From Candidatus Zixiibacteriota bacterium (GTDB lineage: Bacteria; Zixibacteria; MSB-5A5; GN15; JACZUZ01), in NCBI GenBank assembly GCA_024280775.1, contig JAJRPM010000015.1:334835-398834 (forward strand): a DNA stretch of 64,000 nt, given 5' to 3'. Both the position numbers and the translations under genes were made by a program. Shown here piece by piece: positions 28,467 to 37,369 of this stretch (within the stretch, counting starts at the first letter, position 1; every line of letters begins with the position of its first letter). The notes below the pieces were generated by a model that was not told the DNA's origin, ran no database searches, and saw only the letters and a program-made list of their open reading frames with translations.

Positions 28467-29276
28467 ATGTCATACACAACAGTGGCCCTGGTTAACAAAC
28501 ATGTAATCGCGCCTCCAGTCGCGCCCAATACCGCAATCACACTTTCAGTCCAGCTCAAAGGGAGTGATTGGACTTCTCTCAGCGGTGGCGCATTGCAAAG
28601 CGGTAGTGTTCGCGTTGAGGCGCTGACACAAAACAAGCCTCAGTCCGAAGCGCTAAAGTTTACCGCCTCTCAAGCACAGAGCGCCAGTTCGCCCATAGCG
28701 CCAGGTAGCGCAACAATCGCCATTGATTCATCACTGGGACAATTGTACATAGAAAACATAGACTACACTCTGGACTATCAATCCGGCTCTATCAGCGCCG
28801 TCACCGGCGGAGCAATTTCAAGCAACGCCACTACACACCTTTGGTATTTCCCTTTGACCTCCTATGTGGAAGGCGTCGACTACAACATTGATTACAAATT
28901 GGGGCGTCTGAAACGTCTCACGTCAGGTGTAATAGTCAGCGGTCAAAGTTTGCAAGTGACATTCACCCCTGTGACAAATCCACTCGATGACTCGGTGTAC
29001 GCAGAGGCTGTCAATGAAGCCAACCAGATAGTATCAGCGGCGGTCGACCCCGCCGAGGATTTCGGAGCGGATCTGAATCTCCAAGCCGCCGCCACTTATC
29101 TGGCCGCCGGAATAGTCTGCCGGGTCGCCGGCACATTCGCCTTAGCTGGCTCGACAGACACCAAGAGCGCCAGCTCCTGGCTGGAGTTAGCAGAAAGCTT
29201 TCGCAAAGATGGCGCCAGCGCCTTAGACCGCTTCCGTCCTCCACCAAAACGACTCAACGGCCCTCAACTTGTTTGA
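28467..29276 (+). CDS. phage structural protein, head-tail connector-like C-terminus
   Basis: 269 aa. Internal duplicated motif IDYTLDYQSGSISAVTGGAI / VDYNIDYKLGRLKRLTSGVI. The C-terminal helical part (AEAVNEANQIV...LQAAATYLAAGIV) resembles adaptor proteins. Confidence 0.35.
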   Translation: MSYTTVALVNKHVIAPPVAPNTAITLSVQLKGSDWTSLSGGALQSGSVRVEALTQNKPQSEALKFTASQAQSASSPIAPGSATIAIDSSLGQLYIENIDYTLDYQSGSISAVTGGAISSNATTHLWYFPLTSYVEGVDYNIDYKLGRLKRLTSGVIVSGQSLQVTFTPVTNPLDDSVYAEAVNEANQIVSAAVDPAEDFGADLNLQAAATYLAAGIVCRVAGTFALAGSTDTKSASSWLELAESFRKDGASALDRFRPPPKRLNGPQLV

Positions 29277-29314
29277 GAACCAAGGCTCTGGGCTACTACA
29301 AGAGAAAGGGTTTT

Positions 29315-29683
29315 ATGAGCACATTAGAATACTTACGCGGCAATCGCACTTGGTTTATTCCCGGATTTGTGGTATGGGGCGCATCATCAAGCGCCGAGTT
29401 GTCATTCGTAACAGTTAACGTCGTCGAAGGACAGAAACAGATTAACTATCTGGAAGCCTCGGTCGGTGGAACTCACCAAACTGTTTCGTTCGATTCACTC
29501 GTGGATCATCGCGGCAACAAATTGCCGCAAACCATTAGTGCGGCAAAGGTGATTCCTCTTCCCAAGGATGAAGGACAGGTATTTATCGTCGGCAGAGAGT
29601 TTAGTAGCGGGTTTTCAATTTCACGAGACAGCTCAGGCACAACTCCGATTACAACTGACCTTGTGATAATCGAACTGGATTGA
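29315..29683 (+). CDS. hypothetical protein (phage-like module)
   Basis: The track ORF starts at TTG 29273. ATG at 29315 follows agagaaaggg. 122 aa, beta-rich. Confidence 0.4.
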   Translation: MSTLEYLRGNRTWFIPGFVVWGASSSAELSFVTVNVVEGQKQINYLEASVGGTHQTVSFDSLVDHRGNKLPQTISAAKVIPLPKDEGQVFIVGREFSSGFSISRDSSGTTPITTDLVIIELD

Positions 29684-29686
29684 GCA

Positions 29687-30001
29687 GTGACACGCAAAAA
29701 GAACTCTGCCGAGACTAATGACATTGAAAAACTAGATAAGCTCATAGGAATCATCTATCGAGACCTGACAGAAGAAGGAGGACGATTCAAAATCATGGAA
29801 TTGCTAAAAGCCATGGAATTCAAGCGCAAAATAGCGCCGCCAGATGACCGTGAAGGGGCGTTTTGGGATATGATCGACGAGTTACGCGCCAGTGACATGG
29901 GCGCCAATGGTGATATTGACGCTGTTGGCCATTCATCAGCGTCAACATCCGACAAATGCAAAACACCCAAAGCAAACAAAGGAACCCGCAAATCACAATG
30001 A
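29687..30001 (+). CDS. small charged hypothetical protein
   Basis: 104 aa, GTG start. Its stop overlaps the next start (ATGA at 29998). Confidence 0.4.
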   Translation: MTRKKNSAETNDIEKLDKLIGIIYRDLTEEGGRFKIMELLKAMEFKRKIAPPDDREGAFWDMIDELRASDMGANGDIDAVGHSSASTSDKCKTPKANKGTRKSQ

Positions 30002-32493
30002 CACTAACGAAACAACGCATATACGTCATAGCGTCTTTAGTAGCCTTGCTAACCGTGCATTATCACTCCGCTGCGCAAGCCGATGTTTGCTTCGGATGCC
30101 GCGAGTTTATCACCAACCCCGACAGCGCCAGCGTCTGGCTACGCGACGGCGACCCAAAACAAGCCAGCGCCACACAAAAACGCGGCACCCTCACATCCCT
30201 GAAATTCGGAAGTGACCTTTTCGGGAAGTACCATCCGGTTTTTCAAGACACCCTCGTCTTTACCGGAGACACGAACTCAGCCGGCAACGGCGTACCGGCC
30301 GCTGATTCGATTGTCGCCTGCACATTGTGGATCGCTCCGACTAGTCTCTACTTCGAAGGCACTGACACTGTTGCATACGATTTGTATTCAATCGATCAAC
30401 CCTGGAATGAAGATGACGGGAACGCTGTATCGTGGGACAATCGCCTCAATGACGTGAGCTGGAGTCAAGCGGGTGTTACTGGAGCGTTAGAGACAATCTC
30501 AGTGGCCCGTATGGTTCGCCAGGACGCCAATTCCTACAAATGGTTCACTAGTGTCAATGGAGCTCCCACCCTATGGGATAGCGTACTCATCGCCAGTGGT
30601 GACAGTGTGCCAATACCGCTAACCGTCGACCTGGCCAACAACATTCACAATGGACTCAGCTATGGCTTAACTTTGAAGTTGGACACAGTGATTAGTCCTG
30701 CGGGCATAAACCACACATTCGCAACCTCCGAAAACGCAACTGTTGCCAGACGACCGCAATTCCAATGGGTATCCACTACTGGCACAAACCTGAAAGTTGT
30801 TTTCGTTGACAATGACACAACCTCAGTAGGCTCTGACTCATTGATGCTCAACTACGTAAGAGATTCATTGCGCACATTCGATGGCGGCGAATTCATTCCC
30901 GAATGGATGGACGATTTACAAGCGCGCAATTACTCACAAGGCCAATGGGATTCAATCGCTCCAGCGGTAGTCATCTGGACAGCCAGCAGTTTCGGCGGCT
31001 ATGACATGTCGGCAATTGCAGTTCCTGTGATTACTTTCAATCGCAATCAACAAGACAACTACGGACTGGGAAGCGCACTGAATACAGCCAGCGCCAGCAA
31101 ACTACTCCTGAGAAATGGCTCCAGTTGGTTGGTGAAACCGATTGCTGGTGACACCGTATTTCCAATCGTCGGATCAAACCTCTCATTCGGTCAGAGCATC
31201 GGCGCCTCTCAGGGTGAATTGCAACCCTTGTTATTGTCTCTCTCATCTTCGGGACCAGACACGGCCGTAGTAGTGGTGGTCGACTCCGCAGGTATCCTGA
31301 ACGACGGAATAGCAAAAGCGCCTAACCGCCGGATATTCTCCGGGATTACCAATCCCAACCTCTGGAGTTGGTCACACGGATGGGATGTGATTTTCAAGCG
31401 GTTATTCTATTTCGCCGTCAACGACACAACTAACACCGCTGTCCGAAATGAGATCCGCATTGCCGATCATTTCCTGCAATCAACCTGGTTCGAAATTGGC
31501 GCGTGCAACATGGCTACAGTCGCAACCGGAACGACAATTCGCCCGGGCTATGACAACGCCCAGCATGTCGGCGGATTGTTACGCTATGACTCGTTGCTCT
31601 CTTACTTAGGCGTCGCTCCTGTGGACTCGCAAATAGTGATTGACTCAGTGGAGTTTTCATTACATCTCAGCGGAACCAACGCGTATAACATCCAAGGCCC
31701 GGATTCCACTTTCGACTTCCGTCTATATATCACTCGCCTGCGCAGACAAGTCGCCTTTAATCAAGGAACCTCAAACTATGACGGCTCAACTTGTGGCGCA
31801 TCGGACACCGCCAGCACCTCCAACCATTGGGTCAATCGCTTCACTCCGGCCTATCCGTCAACCTCTCGCCACCTCTGGCCGGCAGGTTTTGGCTCATCGC
31901 TTAGCGATTCTGCCTGGGCGCAAGAAGGAGCGCGGGACACAATTAAGGACATCTACCCCTGGTCTCCAAGCGACACTGTGCGGGCAAATGTAACGTCAAC
32001 ACCTCCCGACTCATGGACAACATTCCCTGTTCAAACTTCTTGGTTTCAGGACATAGTAGACGGCGCAACCAACCTGGGTTTTGCAATCGGTCAGGACACA
32101 ATCTATGACACCAGCAACTGCGAACTCAACTATCGCGGCTCGGCGTCACTTCCCACCACAGATAACGCACCACGATTAACTCTTTGGTGGAGCTATGTTG
32201 CACAAGGCTCACCGCAGGGGAACAATTCACACCGCAGGAGAATTCTTCAACAAACCGCACATGTTGACACTGAAATAATGCGCTCTTGGGATTTCGCGTA
32301 TCAAGGGCGCGGACGTTGGAACAGTTCACTCAGACCAACCGATAGGGGAGCTGACATTGAGCTAATCGTGACTGACTACTACGACCGCTTTGACGTGAAC
32401 GCAGACTCTACAATTGACGAAAGCGACCTGCTCAGTGTTCTGCGAGCGTTATTGCATAAAGACACTATCGAATTCACTGCTTTTGAACTCTAA
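29998..32493 (+). CDS. large secreted protein with a single dockerin-like EF-hand at the C-terminus
   Basis: ATG at 29998 gives MTLTKQRIYVIASLVALLTVHYHSAAQA (signal peptide). C-terminus FDVNADSTIDESDLLSVLRALL. Confidence 0.6.
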   Translation: MTLTKQRIYVIASLVALLTVHYHSAAQADVCFGCREFITNPDSASVWLRDGDPKQASATQKRGTLTSLKFGSDLFGKYHPVFQDTLVFTGDTNSAGNGVPAADSIVACTLWIAPTSLYFEGTDTVAYDLYSIDQPWNEDDGNAVSWDNRLNDVSWSQAGVTGALETISVARMVRQDANSYKWFTSVNGAPTLWDSVLIASGDSVPIPLTVDLANNIHNGLSYGLTLKLDTVISPAGINHTFATSENATVARRPQFQWVSTTGTNLKVVFVDNDTTSVGSDSLMLNYVRDSLRTFDGGEFIPEWMDDLQARNYSQGQWDSIAPAVVIWTASSFGGYDMSAIAVPVITFNRNQQDNYGLGSALNTASASKLLLRNGSSWLVKPIAGDTVFPIVGSNLSFGQSIGASQGELQPLLLSLSSSGPDTAVVVVVDSAGILNDGIAKAPNRRIFSGITNPNLWSWSHGWDVIFKRLFYFAVNDTTNTAVRNEIRIADHFLQSTWFEIGACNMATVATGTTIRPGYDNAQHVGGLLRYDSLLSYLGVAPVDSQIVIDSVEFSLHLSGTNAYNIQGPDSTFDFRLYITRLRRQVAFNQGTSNYDGSTCGASDTASTSNHWVNRFTPAYPSTSRHLWPAGFGSSLSDSAWAQEGARDTIKDIYPWSPSDTVRANVTSTPPDSWTTFPVQTSWFQDIVDGATNLGFAIGQDTIYDTSNCELNYRGSASLPTTDNAPRLTLWWSYVAQGSPQGNNSHRRRILQQTAHVDTEIMRSWDFAYQGRGRWNSSLRPTDRGADIELIVTDYYDRFDVNADSTIDESDLLSVLRALLHKDTIEFTAFEL

Positions 32494-32522
32494 ACTCTTT
32501 CGAATCCAAGGACAATGATATC

Positions 32523-33902
32523 TTGAAATACTTTTCTCACATCTACCAGCAACCACCCAGGCGACAATGCGCAACCTTAGCATTGCTAAGCGCCATCCTA
32601 ATCTTAGCCCTCTCTCTCCCGCCTGGCAAAGAGACAACACTGGCGCAAATCGTCAACAATTCACCTACTTCGGAAACCTCTGAGGATAGTGTCACAGTAG
32701 CGGCTCTATCTTTGGACTCACTTGGAAATCCAACTGGGGCTGATTCGTTCTACGTGGTAATCTTCAGCGGCGGCAATTCAAACTCCGCAGTATTCAGCGA
32801 CGGTGGAACCAGCGCCATGATAGGACTGGACACTGTGATAATCGGTGGCCTGACCTATTACTACTACAGCAGAAAAACCTCAGATATCGACGGCGACGGC
32901 TCCCCGGGAGTCTATGACGGATTGATTATCGCCAAGTCCACAGGACTGAATCTCTCCACTGTATCGCGTTTTTCATTCCAAATTGTCGGCTGGGAGCTTG
33001 ATGATATCGGAGACTCCGCCGGACTGGCGGCAGTCCACGCCAAGGCAAGCCATGACACTTTGGACAATGGATTCGCCTCGCTAGCCCCGGTAACGGTGGA
33101 CTCGTTAACCGTCGGTGTCATCACTGACACATCAATAGCAAACCTCGCAATCGACATAGACGAATTCAGAGGCGCGCTCGCCGCCACCCAACTGGAAAAC
33201 GGAGTGATGGACTCAGGCGCAATCGCTGGCTGGGTATGGAACACTCCTGCATCCAATCACACAAACACCGCAACCTTCGGTTCCTATCTCGACGCCAAAG
33301 TATCGGCGTTAAGCGGAGGCTCCGGCGCGTTTTCTGTAACCTTCACCCTATTTGACTCCAGCTCCAATCAAACCCTCCCCGGCGCTGCAGTCACTGTAAG
33401 AAACATAAGCCAATCTGCAATAATGGCGCTAGGCTCAGCAGGGAACAACGGCGCTGTGTCATTCAATCTGGACGCAGACTCCTTTGTGGTGGCCGCACGG
33501 CTACTCGGATATATATTCCCCGCCTATGACACTGTGGTGATAAGCGGCGCAACTAATGACACAATCCCGGCAACGGCATTCGACCCCGGGGCCCCTGCGG
33601 CCGCTAACCTAGTGCGCGCATGGGGCTACATCACCGATATCGCCGGGATACCTGATACATCCGCGACAGTAAGCGCTGTTCTCACCGGAGGAGTAGCAAG
33701 AGCGTCAGGAACTATCGTCTCGCCTTTCAGCGTTAGCGCCACAACCGACACCACCGGATATTTTTTCCTGGATTTACTTCCGAATTCAACACTGACACCT
33801 GATAGCTCGACATATCAATTCACCATAGTCCGTAGCGATGGCACAATCCTTCGCAAACGTCTGGTAGCCCCGGATTCAACGAGCTGGCGACTCACTTGGT
33901 AA
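32523..33902 (+). CDS. secreted protein with carboxypeptidase-regulatory-like beta-sandwich repeats
   Basis: 459 aa, TTG start. Hydrophobic signal-like segment CATLALLSAILILALSL. Two PGAAVTVRN / SATVSAVL-type beta-sandwich segments. Confidence 0.45.
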   Translation: MKYFSHIYQQPPRRQCATLALLSAILILALSLPPGKETTLAQIVNNSPTSETSEDSVTVAALSLDSLGNPTGADSFYVVIFSGGNSNSAVFSDGGTSAMIGLDTVIIGGLTYYYYSRKTSDIDGDGSPGVYDGLIIAKSTGLNLSTVSRFSFQIVGWELDDIGDSAGLAAVHAKASHDTLDNGFASLAPVTVDSLTVGVITDTSIANLAIDIDEFRGALAATQLENGVMDSGAIAGWVWNTPASNHTNTATFGSYLDAKVSALSGGSGAFSVTFTLFDSSSNQTLPGAAVTVRNISQSAIMALGSAGNNGAVSFNLDADSFVVAARLLGYIFPAYDTVVISGATNDTIPATAFDPGAPAAANLVRAWGYITDIAGIPDTSATVSAVLTGGVARASGTIVSPFSVSATTDTTGYFFLDLLPNSTLTPDSSTYQFTIVRSDGTILRKRLVAPDSTSWRLTW

Positions 33903-33950
33903 ATCACAAATAACTACAAAAACTATTAACTCATACTTAGGAGGCTTCAC

Positions 33951-34286
33951 ATGATAGCTCTGGCATTTTTCGGCGACATCTTAGACTTCGTAGCAAACAA
34001 CATCGGTTCAATTCTCGGAGGTATCGGATCTGCGGCGGTGGCAACTGCCAGTTGGATAGGCGCGAAATATCTTGCGCCATTCCTGAAAATCGGTAAACGC
34101 AAACAATTCGCACAATGGATAGCAGTAATCGCCGATGAAATCACCGATGAGTTGACGCTGAAATACCCGGATAAGAAATGGTTAGAGCGCCTCGACGAGG
34201 CAGTGGACAAACTCGCTGAAGTTTGCGGTGTTGGTAAAGACATAAGCGGACGCGCAGTGCGTGCGGCGCTAAGCCGTAAGAAGTAG
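33951..34286 (+). CDS. small membrane protein, LL-H-type holin-like
   Basis: 111 aa. N-terminal Gly-rich hydrophobic segment, then an amphipathic helical tail (QWIAVIADEITDEL...LDEAVDKLAEVCG). Architecture matches Holin_LLH, but the call is by eye only. Confidence 0.35.
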   Translation: MIALAFFGDILDFVANNIGSILGGIGSAAVATASWIGAKYLAPFLKIGKRKQFAQWIAVIADEITDELTLKYPDKKWLERLDEAVDKLAEVCGVGKDISGRAVRAALSRKK

Positions 34287-34307
34287 CAATAAGAGAACAG
34301 AACTCAT

Positions 34308-34358
34308 TCCTGAATCATCATGCAATAAACGTGTCATATTGCATGATGATTCAGGAAC
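34308..34358. repeat. 20-bp perfect inverted repeat (hairpin) between convergent genes
   Basis: ttcctgaatcatcatgcaat (34308-34327), loop aaacgtgtcat, attgcatgatgattcaggaa (34339-34358). No flanking T/A tract. Confidence 0.9.
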
Positions 34359-34378
34359 CTACTCACATTTGGGCTTCC

Positions 34379-36787
34379 CTAATGACAGGGAGGAGCGCCA
34401 CCAGCGAACACCCAATTTATGTAGAAAATCAAGTCTGCTTGGTCAATTGTTGAATCACAATTTGCATCAGCCCGAACCGCTCCCCCAACTGGCGCTGGCC
34501 CACCTAGAATTTGAAAGCTCACCAAATACACCAAATCAGCTACATTACTGACGCCGTTTCCGTCATAATCACCAATGGCAAATGAAGCGCAATTCAACTC
34601 CAGCAAAGTCGTATGTTCCCCAAGATTTGAATTCTGATCTGTCACCTGCGCAGTAATAAAATACAGGCCACCATCAGTGAGTCCATCGGAACTAGAATCT
34701 ACCACAACTGACCATTGTGAACCCGAGACAAAATCAAATCCGATTCCAGAGCGTCCGGGGATTACCCAGTTCTTCGGTTTGACACCCACAACAATTTCTA
34801 CTTTGTGCCAAGCGCCCTGATAGAATAATTCCCCGGCATCGAAGCCGTCACGCCAAAACAGTGATTTGATTGTTCCATCCTGCGGGTCAGAAACACGCAC
34901 CTTAAATGAGTTAACCGAATTTGGTAAACCGTCAAAACCGTCAACCGCAAACCAGAATCCCGCCCCGCCACTGGATCCGGCGATACGAATCAACCCGCAT
35001 ACTCCCACTTCCTCAGTCCAGTTACGCAACACAGAATAGGTAACTTGTCTCTTGAATTCGACAATCAGTTCTCCGAAACCAGTCACCAATAGATACTGTC
35101 GAAATCCGAGCACAAATTCTTCATCGCTTAAGGAACCGTTAACCCGAACATTAGTGAAAATTGCCAAACGCTCAGCCGCTTGCGCATTTGTTAATGTCGA
35201 ACCACCAACACGAAGCGACTGGCTGAATCCTTTGCCATGCCAATAGCGCAAAGCCAGCGCCCCAACCGAAGGTCCGCCAAAGAAGTCACCAAATTCTCCC
35301 TGCGAGGCAGGATTACCGTCAGCGGTGTCACCATCTACATCGCCAAGAGCAAATTGATATTGCGTCCCCAGACTTTGAGAGAACCGCGCATCAGCCTGCT
35401 TCTTCAACAGCACACCACTGGCGGGATTCTCGTCAACAATGTCGTAGGTCAAAGTTATTGTATCACAAAACCTGCCAAAATATGAAGGTGAATTCAGACT
35501 TGGAACAGGAGGAGTCGGCTCAAGAAAAACCGACACCGAATCAACAGCCTTCTGTAATAGGGAGTCAAATATCTCAACTTTGATCCAATGTGTCTCTTCG
35601 GTCTCAGCGCTGAAATCCCAAAGGTATGACAAACCCTGACCTGGCCCAAAAACCGCTGTCTGCGCCAATGCCAGATTCTGGTCGACATCCACACCGATTC
35701 GAGTCCAGGCGGTTGAAGCCGTACGTTGATAAAACACAGCGCTATCAATTATGGAACTTCCACTGGTCTCATTCACCCAAATATCAGTTGATCCATATAG
35801 TTTATCGTTTGCCAGCGGGCCAAGAATAGCAATCCCCGGAGCCGGTGTAGGCGGTGTGCCTCCTGTAACTCCATTAGACCAAAGCAAAAGACGTCCATCG
35901 AAATCAAAACAGGGCTTGCCGTTCGGGCAGGGCCCGGGATCAGGCGGAGCGTTGAAACATGGAGCCAGGGAATCGTTGGTTTCGTGATGGATTAGTGTGT
36001 CATCTCCCAAATCCACAAAACCTAATGTCGTGTCCCACAGATTGTAGGTAGCGCACAAGACTTCTGTCTCGTCAGTGGCAATCGCGACCCTCCACTCGGG
36101 AGGTATCGAGTCATTGAATCGGAACCCTACCAAGTACGGTCCATTGACTACAAATGGCACATCTAGTGGAACTGCGATATCGAAAAACGTCGGTCCGGTT
36201 GAGGGCAATAATTGAGGTATTGATACAGACCCCGGCGCCCCTGAGAACAGAACAGCGCCAGGCAGTCTGCAACCGGGATTGGTAGTTGTGTCAAGCGCTT
36301 CAATATCGACAGAGATTGGAATCACCAAGGGGAACACTACATTTGTATCCACAGGGTTAAAGCCCAAGAGGAAGTGCACGGTATCTACTGTAAACGGATA
36401 AGCCCCGGGGCAGTTGATCTCCGGGTCCTGATAGGCTTTGTACACCTCCTGGCCAATGACCCATCCGGTTAGAGCGCATCCAACACTGGGGATAGACAGG
36501 TCACCTATACATCTATCTCCCGGCGCCGCCAGTCTCAGCGAAGGTGTCACTCTCGGATTGATTTGGTTGGCTATTATTTGCTGTGGAGCTGTAGCAGTAT
36601 ATGAACTGACCGTGACGTTATCAGCGCTTTTCTTTCTGGCTTCTGCTGCATTCGCATCAACTGCAAAAACCGTCAACGCCAAAGCGCCGCACAATATCAA
36701 AGCGCCAAAGACGAACATAGCGCCTGTGATATGGTAAAGCTTGTTTCGTAACTCGTTCGGGATCACGCTATTTCCAACCGTCCGCAT
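34379..36787 (-). CDS. large secreted/anchored protein with C-terminal double dockerin-like module
   Basis: 802 aa. N-terminal hydrophobic segment MFVFGALILCGALALTVFA. C-terminus GDYDGNGVSNVADLVYLVSF...DANCDSTIDQADLIFYINWVFAGGAPP. Confidence 0.7.
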   Translation of the reverse strand: MRTVGNSVIPNELRNKLYHITGAMFVFGALILCGALALTVFAVDANAAEARKKSADNVTVSSYTATAPQQIIANQINPRVTPSLRLAAPGDRCIGDLSIPSVGCALTGWVIGQEVYKAYQDPEINCPGAYPFTVDTVHFLLGFNPVDTNVVFPLVIPISVDIEALDTTTNPGCRLPGAVLFSGAPGSVSIPQLLPSTGPTFFDIAVPLDVPFVVNGPYLVGFRFNDSIPPEWRVAIATDETEVLCATYNLWDTTLGFVDLGDDTLIHHETNDSLAPCFNAPPDPGPCPNGKPCFDFDGRLLLWSNGVTGGTPPTPAPGIAILGPLANDKLYGSTDIWVNETSGSSIIDSAVFYQRTASTAWTRIGVDVDQNLALAQTAVFGPGQGLSYLWDFSAETEETHWIKVEIFDSLLQKAVDSVSVFLEPTPPVPSLNSPSYFGRFCDTITLTYDIVDENPASGVLLKKQADARFSQSLGTQYQFALGDVDGDTADGNPASQGEFGDFFGGPSVGALALRYWHGKGFSQSLRVGGSTLTNAQAAERLAIFTNVRVNGSLSDEEFVLGFRQYLLVTGFGELIVEFKRQVTYSVLRNWTEEVGVCGLIRIAGSSGGAGFWFAVDGFDGLPNSVNSFKVRVSDPQDGTIKSLFWRDGFDAGELFYQGAWHKVEIVVGVKPKNWVIPGRSGIGFDFVSGSQWSVVVDSSSDGLTDGGLYFITAQVTDQNSNLGEHTTLLELNCASFAIGDYDGNGVSNVADLVYLVSFQILGGPAPVGGAVRADANCDSTIDQADLIFYINWVFAGGAPPCH

Positions 36788-37369
36788 GCGGTAGCTCCAA
36801 AGTTATGTTTGTATATTGGCGTTATATATCATTGCGCCTCGGCCCAAATCCGGGGTCTCAGGCAACTCTAGTTATCCTACTATATATCGAATCACTGACG
36901 GTTTTGCTTGAGAGACCAGTGTACAATACGCTGTTTCGAGAGGGGTTTGCGCATCGCGGCGCTCAAGAATCATACAGACCTGGGGAGAAAGTCTATACTC
37001 CGAGCCACACTAAGGCGTCTATAACAATATAAGCCCTAATTGATGTTCCAGTCAATCAGGAAATTACCGGGGAAATACCGGAACATTACAATCTTGGCGA
37101 GTGGCTCTCAGATGCAGAAACTGCATTTAACGATGACAATTCCCACTTCCTTATATGCCAAAACCAATAGAATGTTCAATTCGACATAAGGTCATCCGTC
37201 TTCCAGGTGAAACTGCGGTGTCAAGACTATAGGGCGCTAGCAACAATATGGTGTCAAAACAGTGCAATCTCTATCACACGCAATTTGCCATATTGGCTCT
37301 GCCCGACGTTCAGTCGAAAATGAGCACATTCCCAACAGTACTAGTGTGTAGCGTCTGATGTGAGTCGAT

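Larger units (their letters stand above)
19391..29683 (+). mobile_element. phage-like head-assembly/packaging module (prophage remnant, satellite or domesticated particle)
   Basis: Co-directional portal-like, TerL, protease fusion, scaffold-like, DUF2190, capsid and connector-like genes, several with 4-nt start/stop overlaps. No tail, integrase or replication genes recognised. Confidence 0.65.

Noticed and set aside
36805-37032. 75-aa ORF in the 582-nt intergenic region.
   Set aside because: No ribosome-binding site, odd composition and no motif. The region is treated as non-coding.
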